Assembly (NCBI GenBank): GCA_963843145.1
Contig: CAWJJC010000012.1
Span: 64,001 to 128,000, forward strand
DNA length: 64,000 bases
Reading direction: 5' to 3'
Source of the DNA: an uncultured delta proteobacterium
Lineage (GTDB): Bacteria > Desulfobacterota > RBG-13-43-22
The position numbers and the translations under genes are program-made. Shown piece after piece: positions 38,645-50,227 of this stretch (position 1 is the first letter of the stretch; each line of letters starts with the position of its first letter). The notes beneath the pieces are model-generated. The model searched no databases. It saw only the letters and a program-made list of their open reading frames with translations, and had not been told where the DNA came from.

Positions 38645-39520
38645 ATGGCAGACACACTTCACATCACGAGTGGTGATAGCGCAGGCGGAAGTCTGGCAAA
38701 GGCCGGACTTCCCGGGGAAGTATTCGTCTGGCACGACATTCTATACGATGGTCCCCGGAATCCCGGGTGGCCGAATGAAGACACTCTCGGCGCTCGCGCG
38801 CTGTTTCTGGAAGAAACCACCGCAGGTGGGTTGGATAGGGAGCGCGTTCTGGAAACACTGCGCAGCCAGTACCGGAAGCTGGCGGAAGCAGCAACCCACG
38901 AACGTATCGTCCTGTGGTTCGACGCGTGCCTTTTTGATCAGTCCATGCTCGCCCATATTCTTACCTGCCTGCACCACAGGGGCATCTTGAAAGTGGAACT
39001 CCTTTGCGTCGACGCATTCCCCGGGATCGTAACCTATCACGGACTTGGACAACTGCTGCCGGAGCAACTGGCATCCGTCTATGACAACCGACTTCCCGTC
39101 ACCGAAGAGCAATTCAGCTTTGCGGTCCTCGTCGACAAGGCCTTCGCAACTCAGAACTCAGCCATGTTGACGGAATTATCGGCAATGACAAAGGCTCCCT
39201 TGCCGTGGATTCCCGCCGCCGTAAAGCGATGGATCCAGGAGCAGCCTGACCCGAAAAGCGGGTTGGGCCGACTTGAGCGTCTCGCCTTGGCGGCAGTCCG
39301 AGGCGGGTGCGAAACACCGGGCAAGATCTTCGGATTCGTGGCTGCCGCTGATACGCCGCCGCAGTTCTGGGGAGATACGACACTGTGGGCCAAGATAAAC
39401 GGACTGGCGGACTGTGTACCTCCACTCGTGCGGATCGAAGGTCCCACCGACAGATTGCCTCAATGGGAAAGTGAGGTGTCGCTCAAGGACTTCAAGATCA
39501 AAGCTTTGCCGAACCAATAA
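38645..39520 (+). CDS. DUF1835-like protein
   Basis: LHITSGDSAG, W.D.L.DGP, LWFDACLFDQ, GLGQL, FWGD; core ATTCGGC matches terminal GCCGAAC. Confidence 0.78.
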   Translation: MADTLHITSGDSAGGSLAKAGLPGEVFVWHDILYDGPRNPGWPNEDTLGARALFLEETTAGGLDRERVLETLRSQYRKLAEAATHERIVLWFDACLFDQSMLAHILTCLHHRGILKVELLCVDAFPGIVTYHGLGQLLPEQLASVYDNRLPVTEEQFSFAVLVDKAFATQNSAMLTELSAMTKAPLPWIPAAVKRWIQEQPDPKSGLGRLERLALAAVRGGCETPGKIFGFVAAADTPPQFWGDTTLWAKINGLADCVPPLVRIEGPTDRLPQWESEVSLKDFKIKALPNQ

Positions 39521-39753
39521 GGATTGAGACGATCCTGAAAGGACGTTTCAATCCATTGCGCGATGCAAAAGGCCAAGTCTTTTATTAACAAGCATGGCAG
39601 CCTCTTGCACTGGTGACCGGCAACGTAAATGCAGATTTGTAGGTTACTTGCCCCTAAAGATCAAAAAATGGGCGCCGGCCGGGTTACCGTCACGGCGCCG
39701 GAAAGTCCAATACTTAAAAGGTGGGCCTTCTTGTTGGGCGGCTAACTCCGTGG

Positions 39754-41043
39754 TTACGGTTTCGTGCAGGCCTGATAGATATTTGCAAAGAGTTCCGGTA
39801 TAAGCTTGTTGGGTGTGGCCGAGAAGGCCACCCGGAGCAAATCGGGTTCAACCGATATAACCCCGGTGTCGTATTGGGCGAGCAGCTTTTTTCGGACGGC
39901 CTCGGGGTCGGCGTTTTTGAGCCTGAGGCACATGAAATAGCCACTGTTATAGGGGAGGGCCTGGAAAGCCTCCCCATAGGTACCGGCCTGGATAGCCTTG
40001 GTAACCGTCTCATACCTGGAACGCAGGAGGTCGTTCTTCTGCTGTTTTTCCGACCAGTATTCCGGGTCCTGGTAGGCCTTGGTCAGCAACGATTGGCCGA
40101 GGTGCGACATATTGGAAGCATCGGCCCGGATGGCTCCGGCTGTCTTGGCCTCCAGGGCGCTGTAGATTTTCTTTTTATCTCCCGGTCCCCCCACTCCGTA
40201 GGTGATAAAGCCGATCCGAAAGCCCCAGACATAATCTTCTTTGGTCGGACCGTCGAGTTTGACGGCGACCACCCGCTCGTGCAGGTCGGCCAGTTTTGAA
40301 AACAACGATTCCGTCAGGATGCCTTTTTCGTAAACCAGGCCGAAGTAGGCATCGTCCACCAGGACCACCAGACTCTTCCCCCGATCGGCCGCCCCCCGGA
40401 TCACCTTGACGATCTCGGCCGCCTCCTCGATAGTCGGCGTATAGCCGGTGGGGTTGTTGGGAAAATTCAGCAACAGCAAGGCCTTGGATTGACCTTTGAG
40501 GGCATCCGCCAGGCCGGAGCGGTTGAACCCCTGGCCGGAGAACAGATCAAAGCTCCTCATCCGGGCCCCTTTTTTGGAAAGGAACATCAGGTCATAGTTT
40601 TCCCAGTAGGGGGCGGGTATGATCATCTCGTCCCCCCGGTTCAGGAAAAGCTCGGCAACGGTGCTCAGACCATGGGTCAGGGCCCCGGTAACAATCGGCT
40701 CGCTGAACTCCTTGCCGGTCAAGCCCGGGTTCTTTTTAAGCAGCATCCCCTTCCAGATTTCCCGCAGTTCCTTCTTCCCGGGACTGGGCGCGTAAGGATA
40801 GACTTCTTTGGGCTGGAGTTGGCCAAGATACTTGTGAATGGTTTGAAGATACATGGGTTGGCCGTTCTCTTCCAGCGCAATCCCGATCGTCGCGTTGATC
40901 CGCTTCCCGGCCGCTTCCGCCGACTGTGAAAGTATGCCTAACTTGGGGAAAAAAAGAGCCTGCCCGGCTTCCGAGAGAAGGTCAACCAGGTAGGGATTCT
41001 CTCCCGTCAAGGTTTCATTTAGAGTTTTCGCCTGTGGGTCCAT
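39754..41043 (-). CDS. PLP-dependent aminotransferase class I/II
   Basis: INATIGIA, NFPNNPTG, DDAYFGL, DGPTKEDYVWGFRIG, NSGYFM. Confidence 0.9.
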   Translation of the reverse strand: MDPQAKTLNETLTGENPYLVDLLSEAGQALFFPKLGILSQSAEAAGKRINATIGIALEENGQPMYLQTIHKYLGQLQPKEVYPYAPSPGKKELREIWKGMLLKKNPGLTGKEFSEPIVTGALTHGLSTVAELFLNRGDEMIIPAPYWENYDLMFLSKKGARMRSFDLFSGQGFNRSGLADALKGQSKALLLLNFPNNPTGYTPTIEEAAEIVKVIRGAADRGKSLVVLVDDAYFGLVYEKGILTESLFSKLADLHERVVAVKLDGPTKEDYVWGFRIGFITYGVGGPGDKKKIYSALEAKTAGAIRADASNMSHLGQSLLTKAYQDPEYWSEKQQKNDLLRSRYETVTKAIQAGTYGEAFQALPYNSGYFMCLRLKNADPEAVRKKLLAQYDTGVISVEPDLLRVAFSATPNKLIPELFANIYQACTKP

Positions 41044-41232
41044 CCGGATCTCCTTGAAAATTATTTAAATTTTCCCAAGTATAGTAAAAAAAAGGCGAAC
41101 AACCAAACTTTTTTTGATACCTGGTACATCCTGCCCTTCCATTTGATGAGGAAATCTATCTGAGTCCGCTGCCCAAACGAAAGTTGACTTTTTCCTCCCG
41201 CTTAGTTAGGTTCTAAAGGTAACCTAAAATAA

Positions 41233-41319
41233 TTCGGAATTCGAAACGGTTATGTCTTGATCATTTTGATTTTGGACATTCGTGTTTGTTTCGGATTTCG
41301 TGCTTCGGATTTCGAATTT
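41233..41319. repeat. Partial copy of heptamer-periodic repeat
   Basis: TTGATCATTTTGATTTTGGACATTCGTGTTTGTTTCGGATTTCGTGCTTCGGATTTCGAATTT matches 24121-24183. Confidence 0.75.
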
Positions 41320-41349
41320 ATAGTATCTTGGTTAAGCAGGAGGATAATA

Positions 41350-41553
41350 ATGGCTGCCACGAAGTGGAGAAACGTTCATCTCTATCAATGCCCTTGCGGA
41401 TATGAGTACGAGCCGGAGAAAGGGGATGCGGAAAAAGGCTGGCGAGCCGGAACGCCTTTTGAGGATCTGCCGGAGGCCTGTACCTGCCCCAATTGCCAGC
41501 GGGCCAAGGTCCATTTCCGCGAAAAGAAATATTCTGTCCAGGTTACGGAATAA
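41350..41553 (+). CDS. Rubredoxin
   Basis: YQCPCGYEYEPEKGD..G..GTPFEDLP....CPNC; RBS AGGAGG. Confidence 0.88.
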   Translation: MAATKWRNVHLYQCPCGYEYEPEKGDAEKGWRAGTPFEDLPEACTCPNCQRAKVHFREKKYSVQVTE

Positions 41554-41650
41554 CGGGCGACATGCCTGGTGTCAAACCCTAAGGGGTCCAAAGGCCCATT
41601 AATTCTGGAGGCCTCAGACCTCCAACGCACTTGAAGAAAGGAAACTTCAG

Positions 41651-42277
41651 ATGGCGAACCCTACGCTGGAAATATTCTCCGATTACGCCTGACCGTGGTG
41701 CTATTTCATTACCGGGCGTATTGAAAGATTGCGGGCAGAGTATGAAATCGGCTTAAGGTGGACGGCTTTTCCCCTCCACCCGGAAACACCGGAAAACGGT
41801 CAAACCCTGGAACAGCTTTTCGCCGGTCAGGCAGTGGACTTGGATCAGGTGATGGTTCGTCTAAAGCTTGCGGCCCAGGAAGCGGGATTGCCCTTTACGG
41901 ACCGGACGATGACCTATAACAGCCGCCTGGCCCAGGAGCTGGGAAAATGGGCCGAGCGTGAGGACCGAGGCGACGACTTTCACCGTGCGGTTTTTCGGGC
42001 TTATTTTGCCCAGGGGACCAATATCGGGAAAGTTCGAGAACTCCTGGACCTGGTCCGTTCCCTTGGGCTTTCGGAAGCGGAAGCCGAAAGGGTGCTGCGG
42101 GAGAGGACTTTTAAAGAAGCGGTGGATTTAGACTGGGTCCGGTCGCGGGAACTGGGCATCCGGGCGGTTCCAACGTTTGTCCTGGACCGGCAGTCCCTGG
42201 TGGGCGCCCAGCCCTATAAGAAAATAACCGCCTGGCTGGATGCCGCCGGGGTGAGGAGGCGTGATAATGGAAAGTAA
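41651..42277 (+). CDS. DsbA/FrnE-family thiol oxidoreductase, probable selenoprotein (U-P-W-C)
   Basis: MANPTLEIFSDYA-TGA(41690-92)-PWCYF in frame with called ORF; FPLHPETP, YNSRLAQ, GIRAVPTF; RBS AAGGA. Confidence 0.88.
41704..41726 (+). promoter_or_regulatory. Candidate SECIS hairpin
   Basis: TTTCATTAC-CGGGC-GTATTGAAA starting 11 nt after the UGA. Confidence 0.6.
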
Positions 42278-43016
42278 ACGAAGACGGCAACCTGCTCCGG
42301 CCTGCGCCTCCTGCGACCAGCCCGTTGCCCGAAGAATTTGTTTCTCCGAAACGGGTCTGGGTTCGAAGGGCTGTCCGACCTTGGCTAAGAAAACCGTTCT
42401 GGAAGAGGCCAACCGGGAATATGAGCAGCCGGAGGTGCGGGAGTTTGCCCGCCAGGCCTCTATCCAGGAGGCCGAATGCTATGCCAATCGGCATGAACGC
42501 CCTTATGTCATGCAGCCTACTAAAACCCGGATAGTGGAAATCATCGAATTTGCCCGCCGGATGGGCTACCGGCGATTGGGGCTGGCGTTTTGTTTAGGCC
42601 TGGTCAAAGAGGCGGCTCTGGTGGAAGAAATTTTAATCGGGCAGGGCTTTGAGGTCATTTCAGCGGTTTGTAAAGCAGGTAAGACCCCCAAAGAAAAAAT
42701 AGGGATTAGGGAAAAAGAGAAAATCTATCAGGGGACTGCGGAAGCCATGTGTAACCCCATTTTTCAGGCCAAGCTGCTCAACGAGGAAAAGACACAATTC
42801 AATATCCTGCTCGGCCTGTGTGTGGGCCATGATTCTCTCTTTTTTAAGTATGGTGCGGCCCCCACCACGGTTTTGGCCGTTAAGGACCGGGTCACCGGCC
42901 ACAACCCCTTGGCGGCAATCTACCTTTCGGATTCCTATTACCGAAAAATAAGAACCGTCAAAAAGGACAAACCTGTAAAAAGCTCAAAAAAACCGTCATT
43001 GCGACCCCGGACATGA
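42267..43016 (+). CDS. DUF1847 metal-binding protein
   Basis: TRIVEI..FA, LGLAFCLGL, VCK.G, MCNPI.QA, GLCVGHD, VKDRV.GHNP. Confidence 0.88.
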   Translation: MESKRRRQPAPACASCDQPVARRICFSETGLGSKGCPTLAKKTVLEEANREYEQPEVREFARQASIQEAECYANRHERPYVMQPTKTRIVEIIEFARRMGYRRLGLAFCLGLVKEAALVEEILIGQGFEVISAVCKAGKTPKEKIGIREKEKIYQGTAEAMCNPIFQAKLLNEEKTQFNILLGLCVGHDSLFFKYGAAPTTVLAVKDRVTGHNPLAAIYLSDSYYRKIRTVKKDKPVKSSKKPSLRPRT

Positions 43017-43104
43017 TCCGGGGTCGCAATCTCCACTTTGGCAACAAGCTGATTCTTAGGGATGGCTTCGTCGTCACGCCTAAGGCGTGACTCCTCGCAA
43101 TGAC
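42995..43104. repeat. Second GTCATTGCGA palindromic element
   Basis: GTCATTGCGA...TCGCAATGAC; supplies the DUF1847 stop codon. Confidence 0.82.
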
Positions 43105-43129
43105 ATCTCGGGGGACTTTTGCGAAACCA

Positions 43130-45577
43130 TCAGAAATCAAAAGGTCCTTTCAAGGTACTTTCCCCCGCCCACCTACCTTTCCGATAGCTAAAACGGATGG
43201 CCCCCTCCTGGTCGGTGCGCAGGATTTTAACGCCCTTGTCCAGGTAGCGACGGAGAATCTCGGGGTGAGGCACTGGAAAACGCACGGACCCCCGGGCCGA
43301 GAAAACGGCCCAGCGGGGGGCCAGGGCCTCAATGAAGGCCGGTTGGCTGGAAGTAAGGCTGCCGTGATGAGGAACCTGGAGGATCTGGCACGGGAGGAGA
43401 AGCCCGCGTTCCAATAAGCTGTTTTCCACCGGCGCTTCAATGTCCGCCGGCAACAGCACCCGCTGGCCCTGATAGTCGATTTGCAGGACCAGCGAGTGGT
43501 TGTTTTGGCCGTGCCAGTTAATGGTCTCGGATTCCTGAGGGGGCGCCGGGTCGGGGTATAAAATCCGGACGCGGACGTCGCCGAAATTTTTTGACCAGCC
43601 GGCCTTTGGTTGGAAGGTGGGGATTTTTTTCCGCTGGATCAGGTCTTCCAGACGTAAAAAAAAATCCGAATTCGTCCGCTCCCCGTTCCACCAGAATGCC
43701 TTGACGATAAATTTTTCCAGGATAAAAGGCAGCCCGTTGAGGTGATCGGGATGGGGGTGGGTCAAGACCACCGTATCCAGTGAGAAAATTTTTTTCTGCC
43801 GGAGAAAGGGGCTAACCACGCGTTCGCCCAGATCAAAGGCCGGATTGGGCGACCCGCCCCCGTCCACCAGCAGGTTTTCCCCGTCGGGGAATTCAACCAG
43901 GATGGCGCTGCCGTGCCCCACGTCCAGAAAGGTCAGGGTCAGGGGCCTGAAACCCAGAAAGGTTTTTATTTGGGGAAAGGAAAAGGTAAGCACCAGACCG
44001 ACCAGGGTGAACCCCAAGGCCCAAGGGAATCGGGGGATTATCCGCCGGTTGAAGAGGATGAACAGGGCTGAAAAATAGAAAAATATTTCCGGCCAAGAGG
44101 GCCGGGGGAAAGACATGAAAGCGCCGGGCAGGGAGGCAAAAAAATGGGTAATCTCCCAGGTCCAGGCCAGCAGCAGGGCGACGATTTGGAATAAGCCGGC
44201 GGTGCCCCAGGGAAAGAAATGGGAAAACCCTATGGCCAGGAGCCCCAGGGGTACGACGAAAACACCGGTCAAAGGAACGAGCAATAAATTACTGATCAGA
44301 CCGATAAAGGAAATCTGGTAGAACCACCAGGCGACCACGGGGAGGGTGGCCAATTGAGAGACCAGGGAGACGCAAAAAATCCCCCAAAGATAAAGCAGAC
44401 CTCGATAGCCCCAGGAGGGATCGGGTTTCTCCGGGTCCCCCTTGGGAGGCCATAGTTTAGGCAAAAGATAGCCGATGGCCCAGACGGAAATGAAAGATAA
44501 TTGAAAGGAAGGACGGAACAGGGAGGAGGGCGCCAAAAGCAACAGCAGCAAGGCGGCCAGGGCCAGATTATTTAACAGGTCGGATTGCTTTTTTAAAATC
44601 AGGGCCAGGAACACCAGAGTGACCATCAAAAGGGCTCGGGAAACAGGGGGACTCAAGCCGGCTAACAGGGCATAACCGGCTACCGGAACAAAGGACCCAA
44701 CCAAGGCCCAAAATCGGACGTTCAAAGACAACAGGACCGTTTCGGACAGACTGAGCAGATAACGAAAGAGGAAAAAAGCCAGACCGCCGACCAACCCGAG
44801 GTTCAATCCGGAAAAAGCCAGCAAATGGGCCACACCGGCCTGACTGAAGGCCTCCCGAATTTCCGGGGAAATTTTACTTTGGTCACCCGTCAGCAGTGCC
44901 CGGGCGATTCCGTTGAGCGGGGAAGGGATGTGGGCGTCGATGAGGGCATTGACCCGAAAACGGGCGGCCAAAAAGGAGAGCCTTTTCCCCAGCGTGTTGT
45001 TGGGACCGGATAAAACCAGGAGATCGGGCCGTTCCAGAAATCCGGTCACCCAAATCCCCTGGCGGGCCATTACCCTTTGAAAGTCATACCCTCCCGGATT
45101 ATGGTAGCCCTCAATGGGATGCAGTCGGCAGACGAATCGGATCGGGTCGCCTGTTTCCAGGTTATCCAGGGTACCGCTCACGGTTAAGAGGATCATTCCC
45201 TGGGTGGGAAAGTCTTTCCCCTGATAACGATAGGCACTCAGGCGGACAATCAATCGGGTCCGGTCCGGCGAAAAGGTCGGCTCCTGTTGGATGATTCCTG
45301 AAAATTGATGAAGCTCCCGGTCTACAAGAACGGCGGGTACCGTCGGTTCAGTAAAACGGGGCGAGAAGAACGAGGTCTGGCTGAGTCCAACGGCCAGGAA
45401 AAAAATTGTTCCCCAATAAAAGACTGAAGTCGGCCTAAAAAAATAAAGGAGACCAAGGACTACAAAAATAAAGATTAGAACGTAGGGGACATAAGGCACC
45501 CAACCGGATGGAAGGGAATCCCCCAGGAAGAGGCCGACCATGAAGGCCAGCACCAAAGGGATGGCGGGACGGGACAT
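43130..45577 (-). CDS. comEC: DNA internalization competence protein ComEC/Rec2
   Basis: NPGGYD, GVAHLLAFSGL, SFQLSF, FLDVGHG, THPHPDHLNGL, VPHHGS, RTDQEGAI. Confidence 0.92.
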   Translation of the reverse strand: MSRPAIPLVLAFMVGLFLGDSLPSGWVPYVPYVLIFIFVVLGLLYFFRPTSVFYWGTIFFLAVGLSQTSFFSPRFTEPTVPAVLVDRELHQFSGIIQQEPTFSPDRTRLIVRLSAYRYQGKDFPTQGMILLTVSGTLDNLETGDPIRFVCRLHPIEGYHNPGGYDFQRVMARQGIWVTGFLERPDLLVLSGPNNTLGKRLSFLAARFRVNALIDAHIPSPLNGIARALLTGDQSKISPEIREAFSQAGVAHLLAFSGLNLGLVGGLAFFLFRYLLSLSETVLLSLNVRFWALVGSFVPVAGYALLAGLSPPVSRALLMVTLVFLALILKKQSDLLNNLALAALLLLLLAPSSLFRPSFQLSFISVWAIGYLLPKLWPPKGDPEKPDPSWGYRGLLYLWGIFCVSLVSQLATLPVVAWWFYQISFIGLISNLLLVPLTGVFVVPLGLLAIGFSHFFPWGTAGLFQIVALLLAWTWEITHFFASLPGAFMSFPRPSWPEIFFYFSALFILFNRRIIPRFPWALGFTLVGLVLTFSFPQIKTFLGFRPLTLTFLDVGHGSAILVEFPDGENLLVDGGGSPNPAFDLGERVVSPFLRQKKIFSLDTVVLTHPHPDHLNGLPFILEKFIVKAFWWNGERTNSDFFLRLEDLIQRKKIPTFQPKAGWSKNFGDVRVRILYPDPAPPQESETINWHGQNNHSLVLQIDYQGQRVLLPADIEAPVENSLLERGLLLPCQILQVPHHGSLTSSQPAFIEALAPRWAVFSARGSVRFPVPHPEILRRYLDKGVKILRTDQEGAIRFSYRKGRWAGESTLKGPFDF

Positions 45578-45838
45578 GGCCGCTGCGGTTAAGGAGTTTG
45601 CAGATCTTCCGGATTCTTTCACAGCAGAATAGAAATAGCGAATAAATCCAGTGAAGTCAACAGAATAAGCCGGGAGGAACTTATTCTCCATCCGTTATCC
45701 GTGCGATCTCCAGATCTTCAGGAATCAACGCGGGGACAAGGGGATTATCCTCCGAGGGGATTTCTTCCCTGAATTCCGGCCGGACCGGATTAATCCGACC
45801 CGACCCCAGCCTTGCATTTGGGGAAGGAATCAATAATA

Positions 45839-47089
45839 ATGCTGATTATGCTGACGACCCAATTGATCATCAACCTGCTGCTGATCCTCGGCGCCGCTTG
45901 GGTCCTGGGCAGCGTCTTTGCCCGCTTCGGTCTCCCGGTAGTTCTAGGGGAAATGCTGGCCGGGGTGATCCTGGGTCCGCCCCTGCTGGGGCTGGTTACC
46001 GGTTCCTCCGCCATCGAACTCATGGCGGAATTCGGGATTTTTTTCGTCATGTTTTATACGGGTATGGAAATGGACCCCCGGGAACTCCTGGAGCATTTCT
46101 GGCAGGCTTTGACCGTGGCCCTGGGAGGGTTCGTCCTGCCTTTTGTCCTGGGCTATCTTGCGACCCGGGCCTTCGGAGGGACGGTATATCAGTCCCTCTA
46201 CGTGGGGATGTGCATCTCTATTACCGCCATCGCGGTTCAGTCCATCGTCCTGCATTCCCTGAAGATCAACCGGACGGAGGTGGGCCATATCATCATCGGA
46301 GGGGCCATCGCCGACGACATTTTTTCCCTGATCGGCCTCTCCATCCTGCTCGGGGTCTCCAAAACCGGAACCCTCCAGTGGGGCAATATCCTCTGGATCG
46401 GGTTGGCGGCGGCCGGTTTTTTCGGGATTACCCTGGCCCTGGGCCACTGGGTGGTTCCCCGTTTAACCCGGAGGCTGCACGATCGGGAGGGCAAAGCCTT
46501 CACCTTTGCCATCATGACCGCGTTGGTGATGGCTTATTTGGCCGAACTGGCGGGCCTGCACCTGATCATCGGCGCTTTTCTGGCCGGGCAGTTCGTCCGG
46601 AAAGAAATTATGGAGGAAAGCCTCTACCGGGTCATTGCCGACCGTTTCTACGCCATCAGCTACGGATTCCTGGTGCCGATCTTCATGGCCTCTCTTTCTT
46701 TTCACCTGCATTTTCAATGGGACTGGTTTTTTATCGGTTTTACCCTGGCGATAACCGCCATGGCCATCCTGGGGAAGCTGGTCGGCTGCGGGCTGGGATA
46801 TTACCTCTTCCGGCGCAATCCCTGGGAGGCCCTGATTGTCGGGCTGGGGATGAACGGCCGGGGGGCCGTCGAGTTGGTGGTGATTACCGTGGTGATCAAT
46901 CTAAGCAACCAGCTTCTCAGTCAAAAGACGCTTAGCCAGCCGCTGCTGACCGAAACGCAATTTTCGGCCCTCATTATGATGGCCTTCATCACCACCCTGT
47001 TTTCACCCCTGGCTTTGAAATGGTCCGTGCAGCGGACCTGCCTGCCTAACGAGAAGGCGGATTTCTGTCGGGTTTGGGAAAAGGGGTGA
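45839..47089 (+). CDS. Cation:proton antiporter (CPA2/Kef-type)
   Basis: GEMLAGVILGP, G.E.D, IADD, IGAFLAG, GMNGRGAVELV. Confidence 0.88.
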   Translation: MLIMLTTQLIINLLLILGAAWVLGSVFARFGLPVVLGEMLAGVILGPPLLGLVTGSSAIELMAEFGIFFVMFYTGMEMDPRELLEHFWQALTVALGGFVLPFVLGYLATRAFGGTVYQSLYVGMCISITAIAVQSIVLHSLKINRTEVGHIIIGGAIADDIFSLIGLSILLGVSKTGTLQWGNILWIGLAAAGFFGITLALGHWVVPRLTRRLHDREGKAFTFAIMTALVMAYLAELAGLHLIIGAFLAGQFVRKEIMEESLYRVIADRFYAISYGFLVPIFMASLSFHLHFQWDWFFIGFTLAITAMAILGKLVGCGLGYYLFRRNPWEALIVGLGMNGRGAVELVVITVVINLSNQLLSQKTLSQPLLTETQFSALIMMAFITTLFSPLALKWSVQRTCLPNEKADFCRVWEKG

Positions 47090-47563
47090 TCCTCCACTAG
47101 GGAAGAGCTTGCTGGCTTCCAGGCCTTCGGGGGAGACCCTAACCCGGGATCCTGGGAATCGGGCCTTAGAACAGCCCGGGGAAAAAGACCAGGGAGCAGT
47201 ATCGGGCTGGGGTCGGACCCAAAGCCGTTAACTTAAGGGTATTTCCCCTGCCTACTTTTGATAATCATTATAATGAGATGGAGGAACTGCCCGTTTTTCC
47301 AGAAAGGCAACATAGCGCGTCAATAACTCGGGTGGTATATTGAGCATGGGATGTTAACCGGAAGGGTGTATTTGTCCGATTTGGAATACTACACAGTTAG
47401 GAGCGAAGCCAAAATACTTCCTTTTGTCAATATCTTTTTTACATTTAAATCGATTCCATGGTACATTTCGGGAAAACTACTGGAGGGATCTGTTCCCTAT
47501 AAGGCTTTTTTCAGATTCTGGTCACCCGATTGCCGGATGGCGCCGAGTTTATAATGACAATGA

Positions 47564-47654
47564 CCTGAATCAAACGGATGGACCTGAGCGGCGGTCACGG
47601 TCCTCGACGATGGCTGGATGATTGGCCGCCGCCCTGTCATCCGCAACGTTCGGT
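47564..47654 (+). other. Isolated attC-like site upstream of hicBA
   Basis: CCTGAAT..CGGATGGAC..GCGGCGGTCA...TGGCCGCCGC..GTCATCCG..GTTCGGT. Confidence 0.6.
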
Positions 47655-47670
47655 CTACTAGGAGATGAAA

Positions 47671-47889
47671 ATGAAGGGTGAATTCACAGCGATAATAGAA
47701 GCAGCACCCGAAGGCGGCTTTTGGGCCATTTGTCCTGAGGTGCCTGGGGCTAACGGACAGGGCGAAACTATAGAAGAAACCAAGAATAGTTTGCGGGAGG
47801 CTATAGAATTAATCCTCGATGACCGCAAGGCGGACATTATCCGTGGACTTCCTGAGGACGCCATCCAGGAAAAGGTACTGATTGGATGA
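47671..47889 (+). CDS. hicB: HicB-family antitoxin
   Basis: EGGFWAICPEVPGANGQGETIEE...LREAI. Confidence 0.88.
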   Translation: MKGEFTAIIEAAPEGGFWAICPEVPGANGQGETIEETKNSLREAIELILDDRKADIIRGLPEDAIQEKVLIG

Positions 47890-48065
47890 GACGGCAGGAC
47901 TTGGAGCGCAAGTTGAGAATCGCGGGTTGCTACCTGAAGCGGGAAGGCAGCGCACATTCACTTTGGATCAATCCGAAAAACGGAGCAACAGAAGCGATTC
48001 CCCGTCACACCGAGATTAAAGAACCGTTGGCAAAGAAAATTTTGAAGAATCTGAGCGCAGAATGA
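47886..48065 (+). CDS. hicA: HicA-family toxin (59 aa, below ORF cutoff)
   Basis: MRRQDLERKLRIAGCYLKREGSAHSLWINP...AIPRHTEI...KKILK; ATGA overlap with hicB. Confidence 0.88.
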   Translation: MRRQDLERKLRIAGCYLKREGSAHSLWINPKNGATEAIPRHTEIKEPLAKKILKNLSAE

Positions 48066-48071
48066 ATGACC

Positions 48072-48149
48072 GTGGCAAGGGCCAAGCAGCATTTTATCCC
48101 CGACCAAATCCAGCATTCCACCCATCGATGTTATAAACGGGAACTCCTT
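48072..48149 (+). pseudogene. Remnant N-terminus of a RAYT-type transposase
   Basis: ARAKQHFIPDQIQHSTHRCYKRELLL resembles RAYT N-termini (ARA.RH.IPG..WH.THRCH.REFLL); ends at the murA duplicate. Confidence 0.55.
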
Positions 48150-50136
<1,987 letters not shown>

Positions 50137-50227
50137 CTGTCTCCTGCCAGATCAACCATTCCTCAAGCAGGCCTCAAGTCAAATTCTGCCGACTTCTTCA
50201 TTAGCCGAGAATTTTGTATTCTCGGCG

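Larger units (their letters stand above)
28640..39565 (+). mobile_element. Integron-type gene cassette array, no integrase in window (CALIN-like)
   Basis: attC-like sites at ~28640-28700, 29603-29694, 30205-30270, 31064-31125, 31182-31273, 32830-32901, 32959-33048, 34487-34536, 35144-35200, 36386-36467, 38575-38632, 39508-39565; all genes on + strand with heterogeneous GC. Confidence 0.8.

Noticed and set aside
45898-46935. Long alternative-frame and antisense ORFs (also 9706-10647, 6280-7071, 52751-53518, 55294-56088, 30853-31557)
   Set aside because: Shadows of well-supported genes or repeats in GC-rich DNA; no motifs
47351-47554. 67-aa ORF upstream of the isolated attC
   Set aside because: No RBS or recognisable motif; possibly a decayed cassette but unsupported
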